A DNA stretch of 64,000 nucleotides. It comes from Anolis carolinensis (taxonomy: Eukaryota). Position numbers and translations under genes: made by a program. The stretch's first letter is position 1, and each line of letters begins with the position of its first letter. Shown one piece after another: positions 1 to 10,530 of this stretch. Where the stretch lies: contig NC_085845.1 in the NCBI RefSeq assembly GCF_035594765.1, positions 131,022,897 through 131,086,896 of the forward strand, written 5' to 3'. The notes below the pieces were generated by a model that was not told the origin of the DNA, made no database searches, and saw only the letters and a program-made list of their open reading frames with translations.

Positions 1-510
1 TGCTGGAAGAAGCAAAAACCACCAGCATTGGAGTGAAGGTCCCCTGCCATCAACTCCGCTGGACTGGTTACGTTGTCCAAATACTTGATCACTGACTCCC
101 AAAGCAGTTACTGTACTCCCAACTCAAGAATGGAAAATGGAATTTGATGGACAGGAAAAGAGATTTAAAGATGGCCTTAAAGCTAACCTTAAAAACTGTG
201 GCATAAATACTGAGAACTGGAAAGCCCTGGCCCTTGATTGCTCTCACTGGAGGTCAGCTGTGACCAGCAGTGCTGTGGAATTCAAAAAGGCATGAATGGA
301 GGGCGAAAGGAAGAAACGTGCCAAGAGGAAGGCATGTCAAGCCAACCCTGACCGGGACTGCCTTCCTCCTGGAAACTGATGCCCTCACTATGGAAGAACA
401 TGTGGATTAAGAATAGGGCTCTACAGCCACATACGTATCCACCGCAAAGCCACAAGATTTGGAAGACCATCCTACTCAGACAATGAGGGATCAGCTAAGT
501 AAATTAAGTA
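1..510 (+). mobile_element. RTE-clade LINE, degraded 3' end (runs off window start)
   Basis: Frameshifted translation gives HQLRWTGYVVQ..D..LPKQLLYSQLKNG..RFKDGLKANLK and a C-terminal CPH.GRTCG.RIGLYSHIRIH zinc-finger-like motif, typical of the RTE ORF end; short TAAG-like tail near 495-510. Confidence 0.8.
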
Positions 511-599
511 GTACTCCTCTTGCCAATTTTAGATTGCAACCCTCATCTCCACAAATATTATCTACTCACAATACCTGGTTATTTAGACATTTCTACTCT

Positions 600-1125
600 G
601 CAGAAAGAGAGTTTTCTGGGAAGGGAGTTTTAAACATTGGAGCAGCCATTGAAAAGGCCCTCTCTCATTTTACCATCAGATGTAACTGTGAGGATGGTGG
701 GACAGAGACAAAGGCCTCCTCAGAAAATCACCAAAGACAGGTGGATTCATAAGGGAGAATACAGTTCTTTGAATAGCCTGGTCCTAAGCTACATAGGTCA
801 AAACCAGCTCAAAATACTGCCCAGAAACAGAGCAACAGCCAGTAGAGCTGTTGCAATAAGGGAGTTGTGTGTTCCATGTAGCCAACCTGTCTTGGCAATC
901 TGTCTTGACCTCTTTGGACCAGTTGAAGTTTCCAAACACTCTTCAAAGACAGGCCCAGGTTGAGTGTGCTACAGTAATCCAACTACGATGTAACTATGTT
1001 TCAACATGGCCAGATCTTATGTCTAAAGGAATGGATGGCGTACAAACCTTAACTGTATGAATATTCCTGGGCCCCACTGTAATGCAAGCTTCCAGGCTCC
1101 AGGAAGAAAACCAAACTGAGGGCTA
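600..1125 (-). mobile_element. Old L2 LINE fragment (C-terminal part of ORF2)
   Basis: Reverse strand encodes a VTS.LDYC-like motif, LPLK..KLQLVQ-like and GPGY-like L2 motifs, with many disruptions. Confidence 0.7.
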
Positions 1126-1143
1126 GCATCATCTTAGAAGTGC

Positions 1144-1189
<46 letters not shown>

Positions 1190-1780
1190 TTTAAAAAACT
1201 TTATATATCCCCCGCCACCATCTCCCCGCAGGGACTCGGGGCAGCTCACATGGGGCAAAGCTCTGTCAACATAGTTCACAAAAGTAACAACATAAACACA
1301 TTAGCACAATATACACAGGTTAAAACACAATAAGTTAACAAAACAAGAGTTAATACATCAGTAATAATATCAAACAACCACCAATACAATTCAGTCAACT
1401 TTATAGGTGGGGGAACTGCAGCAGCAATATAAAGATAGAATCATCAGATTAAAATACCCAAATAAGAGGGACCTAGTAAAATCCAGAATAGAATTATAAT
1501 GAGGCTGGTCATCCAGTGACTGTCTCCTCAAAGGCCAACCTAAACATCCAACTTTTCAGTTGTTTCTTAAAGGAGGATAGAAAGGGCGCCAACCTAATCT
1601 CCCTAGGGAGGGAGTTCCAGAGCCGGGGAGCCACGGCCGAGAAGGTCCTCTCTCTCATCCCCACCAGACGTATCTGTGAAGAATGCGGAAGCGAGAGGAG
1701 GGCCTCCCCGGAAGATCTCAGAGATTGCGAAGGTTCATAGGGGACAACGCGGTCATGAAGATAGGCAGGTCCCGAACTGT
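1144..1780 (-). mobile_element. 5'-truncated L2 LINE with (TTA)n tail
   Basis: Reverse strand encodes GPAYLHDRVVPYEPSQSLRSSGEALL..RTFSAVAPRLWNSLPREIR, then the L2 3' terminal stem (CCCCGAGTCCC..GGGGAGATGG) and an AAT microsatellite; flanks TTAGAAGTGC (1134-1143) and TTAGAAATGC (1781-1790). Confidence 0.9.
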
Positions 1781-3080
1781 TTAGAAATGCAGTGAAATCC
1801 TATTAGTGAATTGTGAAGATGCATGTCAGATCAGCAGGTGAATCTCTATCCCATGATCTGTCTATTAATTGACCGAGAACATCACCGTCTTTCTAGATTG
1901 AATTTCAGTTTATTTCCTATCAGGAATGAATTGAGTGGTAAAAAACACTGTTTTGGGAGTGAAATGTCTTTATTGGGTTGTTGTGGAAAAGAGTAATAGA
2001 ACTGGGTGTTATCTGCATACTGATGGAAATGAACTGCAAAATTCCAGGCAACCTCTCCCAGATGTTTAATCTATAGTCGACCTTTCCGTTTTTGGGTTTT
2101 ATCCTCACAGTTTAGATTATTTGTGAGCTCATACCACTGCATGCCTCTCTTTTAGTTGGGGCCATCTCTAGGATGTGAGTGAGATGGGTTGTCCTGCCCC
2201 TCCCTCCCTCCCTCCCTCCCTCCCTCACACAATGTATGGCTCCCAAAGCTGGGCTGCCATTTGAACAGTCATACAGTCAAGAAGTGGGAGGAGGTAAAAG
2301 ATCACCCAACTCCTGAAGATGGGCTGCTGTATGAACATCCAAACAATAGCCCTGTTATCAGTAGGTGAGCAGGAGGCTTGCATAGGGTCCTGAAGATAGG
2401 ACTGCCCTATGAATCTTCATTGTACAGGTCCATCATTGGGAGCTGGGAGTAGGAGAGAGAAGAAAGAGTCTTTCTAATATTGCTCCTGAACTCGGGGTTA
2501 GCATATTCCAGAACTTGGATGGTCTCACCGGCCATGTTTCAGCTGTTCTGACATTTTGGAAGGGCACAGTCATGTTCAAATGACCGTTATCTGGAGAGGC
2601 CAGATTGAGGTTGCATCATTCCCCATCATTTTTAGTGCTGATTTGTGGGCGGTGGTTCTTATAGTTTGAGGCCCATAAAGGGAGCACCCCCCCCCCCCCA
2701 AAAAAAGCCTATCTACATGTAAACAATTTTAATGTTTTGAAACAGAAAAAAAGCTTTTGTGGCTAATCTGGGGGAGATGCTGGGTTTGGAAACCCGTGAC
2801 TACAAGGGATGTGTGTGACACACAGTCTGCACTATCTCCACTCCTGTTCTGGACTTTGGAACTTAGTTGTAGGGAAAGCTAGAATCAATTCTTCTGTGTC
2901 ATCTCGTCTGACATCAGACAAAGCCTTTTACATTCTGACAAGAGTTTTATGAGCTATTGGTTGTTACTGTTCTTGAAGACTTTTTAAAATGTGGTGCTGT
3001 ACTGATTATTAGATAATATTTTTTATTTTGTCTTTGTAATGCACCTTTTAAATTATTTTAATATTACTGATACTATACTT

Positions 3081-3412
3081 AAAGGTAAAGGTAAAGGTTT
3101 CCCCTGACGTTAAGTCCAGTTGTGACCGACTCTGGGGGTTGCTGCTCATCTCCATTTCTAAGCTGAAGAGCCAGCGTTGTCCATAGACATCTCCATGTCA
3201 TGTGGCTGGCATGACTGCATGGAGCGCCGTTACCTTTCTGCTGGAGCAGTACCTATTGAGCTACTCACATTGGCATGTTTTTGAACTGCTAGGTTGGCAG
3301 AAGCTGGAGCTAACAGCGGCCACTCACACCGCTCCTGGGATTTGAACCTGGGACCTTTCGGTCTGCAAGTTCAGCAGTTCAGTCCTTTAACACACTTCAC
3401 CACCGGGGCTCC
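3081..3412 (-). mobile_element. Sauria SINE, full length
   Basis: (ACCTTT)n tail, conserved body and tRNA-derived head (GGAGCCCC..GGTTCAAATCC) on the minus strand. Confidence 0.95.
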
Positions 3413-4529
3413 AGATGAAATATACTTATATGTCAATAAAAATTTATGTTTGTTTTTTTAAAGTTGCATTTGTTTCAAATTATCAGTGATCATGAGTCCC
3501 AATTCTGGGGGGAAAGGTGTGAAGGAGTGGACAAATGTTTTTTTATCCAAAGTCCCATAATGCCCCAGCTCTCCTAAGATCTCCTCACATGGGCTAAATT
3601 GCCCATCTTATGACAGTTAGGCCTCACTTCAGGCATGGAGCCTGCTGTATCACCTTGCACGACATAGATCTACTTCTGGCAGGGCTCTGTGCTTGAAGTG
3701 AAGTCAAACTGTCATAAGACGAAGCGGCAAGAACATAGGAGGCTTCCCTTATTCCATAAAGAAGAATGGAGTGAAGCCAGGCAGTGACACTTCTTCTTGT
3801 GGGATTGCATAAGATGTGATGCAGGGCACGGGGCGGTGGGTTCCCCATGCCCCACACTAGATTCACCAGGATCCATGGCAAATCTCTCTGCTATTGCAGG
3901 GCTTACTTGACCTCAAGGTCCTTCAACTATATTTTCTCTCTTCTCTGTTTCTGATAAGATTTGTCTACATACAGGTGAAGCATTGGCAGATAGGTGTGTC
4001 ATGTCATAGTGAACCTGTTTCACCTGGTGCAGCTGTTTTGTTTTATTGCCAATCTTGTAAAGCAAGAAATCCTTAAACATAAATGTAGACATGATTTCAT
4101 CTTACTGTTGCTGAATCATATTATGCTTTTAAAAAAACCTATTGCTACACAGCAGATTTTAAAGTGTTTTACTACTGACCTGTAAGCAAATCAATAACAC
4201 TGTGCCCAGACTGAAGATCGGGATTTCAGATGAGTCAGCAACTTGCTTACTGATTTGGATCTGCTCAGATATTATGAAAGACCAGACTGCTACCGCAATC
4301 ACTTTGTTTTTGTAACTTCTAGTTCGGGTGAAGAGGTTCCTTGCCTGTGAGCATGTAGTTCACCATCTCAGACTGATTTTCTATCCCTGTCCTCATTGAA
4401 CCAACTATATAATAATGCAGTATCACAGTTGAACCACCTTGCCCTTGATGACAAGTTAGCCAATGATGTGAAATTGGATTAGGAAGTGTGGAGTACAACG
4501 AGACCTCATCTTACATAGTATTAAATTAG

Positions 4530-4898
4530 ATGAAAGATTGGAAGAACTACGTATGTTTAGCCTGGGGAAGAGGAGATGTGATAGAACTTTTCAAGTATCT
4601 GAAAAACATTGTTATTTGAGAAGAGACCAAAGTCTTGCTTTTTGCACTGCCCAAGGGCAAGACTAGCTCAAATGGTGTTACACTGTATGAAAATGTGTTT
4701 TTGGTTGAACTTTGCTAGAAATGTCATGACAGTAAGAATACTTAACAGTTATTAAGCTCTTCCTTGGTCTCTTCCTTGTTAAAGGACTTCAAGAAAAGCT
4801 TGGGGAGGTCCTAGCTCTGGATTTTCTGTAATCAGGGAGAATAATGCGACCAAGTGACCTTAGTGACAAGGACATCTCCAATATTATGATTCTATGAC
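4530..4898 (+). mobile_element. Old CR1 LINE 3' end
   Basis: ERLEELRMFSLGKRR-like coding remnant and ATTCTATG terminus. Confidence 0.7.
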
Positions 4899-5331
4899 CT
4901 AAATGTCACATGGAGGAGACACAAATGGTAATATCTCTGACTCATTTAATTAAAACCTGAAGTGAGACTTTGGCCAGCAATGTCTAAACTTCACTACGCC
5001 CTCGTATAGTCGGTAACTATTTTGCATTTCATGTTGTGAAAATGCATACCATCTAGCTATGTATACAAATTAGCTATGCTACCTTCATTCACTTCTCTAG
5101 ATAGCTGGGAAGCACACGTCCAGTCAAAAGTTTCTTCTTGAATCAAATGTGGACAAAAGAAAGGCAATTGAGCCAGTTTGATCATTGAAACTTTCATTAT
5201 AAAACTTAAAACCATACCCATCTCTCAGTGACATCACAAGGATTGGTGCCACCCAAGCAGAAAACCTTCCATACCAGACCAGGGATGGACAAGCCACGTT
5301 CATCTGCAGACCTCTATTCTTAAAAAGGTAT

Positions 5332-5500
5332 TAGGCTTGCACAAAAAATTCAGAATTTTTGTAAGTTGTATTAAACTTGGTCAAATCTGTACTTCTAAAG
5401 TGATATCCAACACATGGGCTTGGCCTGCGCTTAAAACTTAAAAATCAAACTTACCCGATCTTTCTTTGTATTAATTTTGTAATGCTCAGAAGCCTCCCAA
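5332..5500. mobile_element. Possible orphan end of a TAGGCTTG-type hAT element
   Basis: Begins TAGGCTTGC like the TIR of the 9126-10757 element; no partner end or TSD found. Confidence 0.35.
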
Positions 5501-5623
5501 AGTCAGTTTCATATTCATGGCAAGCAGCCAAAAAGGATCCAATTCTTCTTTAAATTAATGGCCTCCTGCCATTAGAAGAGGAAAAGTGGGGAAAAAGGAG
5601 AGTTCGATGGGAAAGAAAGCACA

Positions 5624-5711
5624 GAACTCTGGGAAATGTAGTTTGGGAATGTGAGAAGCCCTATGGTAGAGAATGCAAAAGGCCCTGCTCTAAACTACAG
5701 TTCCCAGAATT
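5624..5711. repeat. Short palindromic element with inverted ACTACA..TCCCAG arms
   Basis: CTGGGAAATGTAGTTT ... AAACTACAGTTCCCAG inverted pair about 50 bp apart. Confidence 0.5.
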
Positions 5712-5839
5712 TTGTTCACATCAGAAAGCCTCAATCAGGAGAGGGGAGAAACGTGTCGCTCCATAGCAGCAGCCAGCCAGTCTTCCAATGAATGGTTGAA
5801 TTTGCAAAGAGGAGGACTGACTGATACTTTTAGTAAGAA

Positions 5840-5890
<51 letters not shown>
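5840..5890. repeat. (AAT)n microsatellite
   Basis: Direct reading. Confidence 0.95.
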
Positions 5891-5967
5891 TTTATTTAAA
5901 TCAGCACTGGGCTGAGAAGAAAGCCCTAAATGAATGGCCCTTGGGGATCTCAAGCATATTATTTAGT

Positions 5968-6082
5968 TTAGAGGCTGGATGGCCATCTGTCAGGAGAGTT
6001 TTGATGGTGCCCTTCTGCCTAGAAGAAAACAGTTGGACTACATGGACCTTGGGGATGCCCTCCAACACTAGGATTCTATGAA
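5968..6082 (+). mobile_element. CR1 3' UTR fragment
   Basis: AGAGGCTGGATGGCCATCTGTC..TTGGACT..TCCAAC..ATTCTATGA matches the end of the CR1 at 56875-58145. Confidence 0.75.
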
Positions 6083-6996
6083 AATGAAGAATTCTATGTT
6101 ACATTGTCTTATTGACTGACTTACCTTCAGTGTTAATGCTACAACAATAAGGGAAAGGAACTTAATGTTATAGAAGCCAAAATCTATGATTTCCACTTTC
6201 CCAATCCCAGCAAGACTCTGAGCTGAAAAATACTAGCCTTTTGCATAATAGGATATGTGAAGATGCAGAATTCATGGATTATAGAAATATTACAAAAATT
6301 CATAGCCTTTGCCTTTCCATTTGTATTCATTATGAGCACAATATACATACAATCAACAGCTAAGCACAAGTTGTTTTGAAAAGTTGGCCCAGAACAGACA
6401 CACATCTTCATTACTTTTTTAACCTAATACTTTTTTTAACCAAAAGGAATCACATTAGATTTGGAAGGAAGCTGACAAGTGATGAAAACATTGTCTAAAT
6501 GTTAGGTGTGCCTCTGAGGTTCTAAAACATGTCAAAGCCTGTTATAGGAAGACAAAAGAGCTTAATAAAGCAGGTTACCTGGCAAGAAAACTGAGGGATT
6601 TTTAAAAATATTGTCAGGTGTTTAAACTTCAAGCACTAACCTAAAGAATCCTAAATGAAGCACAAGAAGCTTTTGTATGAGAGCTGTAAGGTTCTGTATG
6701 AGTAATCTGGGCAGCTCTTGCCTTCATTTAATGAATGACTTTTCTCAATGGTCTTGTCTATACTGCCCCAAACATCCAGACTCACTGCAAATCCACCACA
6801 TTCTGTCTCCTATGATGTACAGTGACATCCAGTGAATAACCCAAGTTTTCTGGGTTTTATCTGACTATATCCTGCTTTAGGTGAATTTGGGAGATACATT
6901 GCCCCGATTTAGACAAAGTTGGTTGATTCCTTTCTTCTTGGACGCATAGTGCTCTGTCATTGGTGATAACACAGTGGACAAGATGGCAGCCTAGTG

Positions 6997-7952
6997 CAGT
7001 GGTTCCCAAACTTATTTGGCCTACCACCCCCTTTCCAGAAAAAATATTACTTAGCGCCCCCTGGAAAGGGTGTGTGGCTTAGAGGGGTGGGCGTGGCTCC
7101 TGCTCAAGAGGGCAGGGCTGAGCCTCTCCCCTAGTCCAAGATGCAGAGCTGGGAGGGGGAGGTGGGCGGGGCCACAAATGGGTGGCCAGGACTGGGATGG
7201 ACGGAGTTACGAGCTCTGAGGCAGGGTTGAGCTTCTATCCCTGTCCTGCGGCGCCTGCCAGGACAAAGGGGGTGGGGTTAGAGGAGGGGGCGGGGCCTCT
7301 TCCCAAGTGCCTGACAGGGCTGAACCTCTATACCCCGCCCCCATGTTCTAACAAGCGCCTCAGGGAAGGTATACAGAGGCTCAGCCCTGTCTCACACTCT
7401 TGGGAAGAGGCCCCACCCCCACCCCTAGACCCACCCTTTAGTCCTAAAAGGCCTCTCAGGAAAGGTATAGAGGCTCAGCCCTGTCTTGGGCTCTTGGAAG
7501 GAGGCCCCGCCCCTTCCCTAGCTCTGCCTTCTGTGTCCCAACAAGCACCTCAGGAGAGGTATAGATTCTCAGCCCTGTCTCGGACTCTTGGGAAGAAGCC
7601 ACGCCCACTCCTCTAGCTCCGCCCCCTGTGTCCTAACAGGCGCCTCAGGGGCTCAGCCCTGTCTCCAGCACTTGGGAAGAGGCTCTGCCCCTCCCCTGTG
7701 CCCACCCCCATGTTCTAGTAGGTGCCTCAAGAGAGAGGTAGAGGTTCAACCCTGCCTCACACTCTTGGAAGAGGTCCCGCTATGAGCGGAATACATACAT
7801 CAATTTTTCTAAATTTTCTATTCTTTCTTTTCTGCTTTCACTTCCCCCTAACAGTTATTCATCGCCCCCAAATGCACCTGTGGCCATCACCGCCCCCCTG
7901 GATTGCTGCAGCGCCCACCAGGGGGCAGTAGCGCCCACTTTGGGAATCACTG
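6997..7952. mobile_element. Non-autonomous hAT (Buster/Charlie-type) element
   Basis: TIRs CAGTGGTTCCCAAA and TTTGGGAATCACTG; 8-bp TSD GCCTAGTG/GCTTAGTG with central TA. Confidence 0.9.
7330..7780. repeat. GC-rich ~94-bp minisatellite inside the hAT element
   Basis: Unit start CAGCCCTGTCT recurs at about 7382, 7476, 7570, 7654 and 7747 (last copy degenerate); inverted copies at about 7070-7330. Confidence 0.85.
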
Positions 7953-8715
7953 GCTTAGTGTAACTGATGCTATCCTGGCCTGTGAAGACACGCCCGAGTC
8001 AAAAAGCAAAACTATAATGTCTGGCTTTCTCGGAGGCCGTCAGAATACCCTCTGGTGAAATCAGGTCCTTAACATAAAGGCACTTTAGACAGTATTAAAG
8101 TTAACCAAAACAAGTTTACTGGAAAACAAAGGAGCATTGGGTTAACTCCACCCAGTGCAATTAAAAGGGTAACTTAAAACAATACATTACAAAGGAAGAA
8201 TTTGTTGAATGCAGACATCTTTCTGGGATTGTGGAGGTTCCTGATGCAAAAGGACTTGGTTTCCTCTTTATGAAACTTGGGCTGGCTCCAAGTTTCTGGG
8301 GTCGCTGGGACTGGTGGTATGGACTGTACAGAACACCAGTCCAAGACTGGATCCATGCTGCTCCAGAGCAGCCTGGTGTAGACATGGGCAACATGTACTA
8401 TTCTCCCTATTAATAACATTCTCAAGCATTTTGTGTAATTGGTCTCTGTGAATTTAGAGAGAAAAAATCGATAATATCCATGTTTTCAATCTCTGGGATC
8501 ACCACTAGGTTTTTCAGAAAACTGCCTCATTAGAAAAAACCATAGAAATTTAAACACATCTTCATAAGCATGTGGCACCCTCTGTAACATGCCTGAGCAG
8601 AAAGTCTGGTAAATAAACTGACACTGTAGAATCTCTTTGGCATTATAACTTCAAGCCTTTGCCTTGATGATGCTGTAGCATAAATAGAAACAAACCACAA
8701 AACAAATATGTATCT

Positions 8716-8877
8716 GGGTTGTTGTGTGTTTTCCAGGCTGTATGACCATGTTCCAGAAGTATTCTCTCCTGATGTTTCGCCTATATCTATATGGGCGAAA
8801 CGTCAGGAGAGAATACTTCTGGAACATGGCCATACAGCCCGGAAAACACAAAACAACCCATGAAAGCCTTTGACAAC
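8716..8877. mobile_element. Penelope-like element terminal fragment in inverted (hairpin) configuration
   Basis: About 66-bp inverted arms (GGCGAAACGTCAGGAGAGAATACTTCTGGAACATGGCC and its complement); flanking ACAAATATGTATCT and ACAAATATATATCT duplication. Confidence 0.85.
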
Positions 8878-9685
8878 ACAAATATATATCTGTCTGTCTG
8901 TCTGTCTATCTAGTAAAAGTCAATATATATATCAGAATAGCCCCCACTTTTGGAGAGCTGTGTGTATCCTACTCATGATGGATATAGATGTCCATGGGTA
9001 TGTGCAGATAGGTGTCAATAGTTAAGCGCACATAAGTGTCTATGACTAAGCACTCATAGGTGTCAATGGGTGTGTGTGCATGGGTGTTTATGGGTGTGTA
9101 TGCATACTTATCTATATGTTTGCACTAGGCTTGATCGATCCACGAAAAATTTGATTCTAAACTCGTTTCAAAACTAGAGGGGGGCAGCGTTTCGTTTCTG
9201 AAGGTATTTCCGAATTTTGCCCCCCAAAAAATTCGAAATTAACGAAAATTCGTTATTTTCAAAATTAATTCGTTAATGGCGGACGCGCATGCGCAATTCC
9301 CAAAAACAGCACAGAGGGAGAGGACTTTACAGGACTCTCCCACCCTCATTTTTTGAGTGATCTTCTTCAAACTTGGTACAGTGGTAGAACACATTTAACA
9401 CTGATAGTTCACCAAAATTTGGAACGTTTCCCTTATCCTCTGATTTTTGGAGAATTTTCATAGCTTTTATAATAAACCATTTTTTAATAATTGCAGAAAT
9501 CTGTTCCTGGTTTAAAAGTCTTATTTCCTGTTAAATTGGGTTGTCTTTACTGTGAAAGTCATTGTTCTACTTCAGAAACTTTGTTTTTGTGGCTGAAACT
9601 TTGTTAAATTGGTGTGTGTGTGATATATACTGTGTATATATATATAGTCCCTGCATATGTGTGTGTGTGTGTGTGTGTGTGTATA

Positions 9686-9842
9686 GGTAAAGGTAAAGGT
9701 ATCCCTTGACGTTAAGTTCAGTCATGTCTGACTCTGGGGGTTGGTGCTTATCTCCATTTCTAAGCCCAAGAGCCAGTGTTGTCCATAGACACCTCCAAGT
9801 TCATGTGGCCGGCATGACTACATGGAGTGCCATTACCTTCCC
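9686..9842 (-). mobile_element. Sauria SINE 3' half inside the hAT
   Basis: (ACCTTT)n tail and body matching other copies; head absent. Confidence 0.9.
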
Positions 9843-9849
9843 AGAAACA

Positions 9850-10206
9850 CCCAGAAAATGGGAATTCCAGACAGGAAACAATCAGGGCCAGCTAATACCT
9901 CCCAACAAAGGATTCCCCCAGGTAGGAAGCAGCCAGGCTTTGAAGCTGCAAGGCTATTCAATGCTAATCAAGGTGACCAATTGCAACATTCACACTTGCC
10001 TCCCACAGACAAGAGTTCTTTCTCCCACCCTGGACCTTCCACAGATATATAAACCCCACTTGCCTAGCTTCGCACAGACGTCAAAACCTCTGAGTATGTC
10101 TGCCACAGATGTGGGTGAAACGTCAGGAGAGAATGCTTCTGGCACATGGCCATAGAATACATACCACAACAGTGTGATCCCGGCCATGAAAGCTTTCGAC
10201 AACACA
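9850..10206 (+). mobile_element. Penelope-like element 3' / pseudo-LTR fragment inside the hAT
   Basis: Ends ..GAAACGTCAGGAGAGAATGCTTCTGG..GGCCATGAAAGCTTTCGACAAC, the same terminus as 8716-8877; TATATAAA upstream. Confidence 0.85.
10087..10127 (+). ncRNA. Degenerate minimal hammerhead ribozyme motif of a Penelope-like element
   Basis: CCT-CTGAGTA-(stem II)-GAAAC-GTC-AGG; the canonical core is CUGAnGA...GAAA..NUH, and one core G is a T here. Confidence 0.5.
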
Positions 10207-10249
10207 ACCACAGTATCCATTCAAGTTCATGTAGCGTGGTATGGAGACC

Positions 10250-10530
10250 TGTATTGGGGGGAGGGAGGGTGCGAATCTGGGCCCCTGGGAGTCGTAGTCC
10301 TTCCTCCCTCCCCGGGAGCAGCCGAGGACGGGCCTGGCCCACACCCCCTCGCATCCCGGGCCTCTTCCTCCTCACCGCCGGGCCCCTCTCTGTCACTCTT
10401 GGTCTCTCCAGGCCTGAGCTGAGGCGAGGCGGCGGCGGCGGCGGCCATTTTCCCCCTCCGTCTTCCTCCTCCTCCTCGGCCTCCTTCCCCCTCGCCCCCT
10501 CCCATTGGCTGAGCCCGTGACGCCCCTTTT
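10250..10530 (-). promoter_or_regulatory. CpG-island-like promoter and first-exon-like segment within the hAT
   Basis: Minus strand: CGTCA half-CRE, CCAAT (10504-10508), AAAATGGCCGCC start (ATG at 10448), MAAAAAASPQLRPGETKSDREGPG, donor G|GTGAGG at 10376, ZNF143-like GGACTACGACTCCCAG (10285-10300). Confidence 0.55.

Noticed and set aside
7182-7616. 144-aa Pro-rich ORF
   Set aside because: Translation of the GC-rich minisatellite
8161-8425. Cluster of short ORFs (e.g. FWGRWDWWYG)
   Set aside because: No homology recognised; ends at a GGTGTAGACATGGGC Harbinger-like terminus, so probably a decayed repeat
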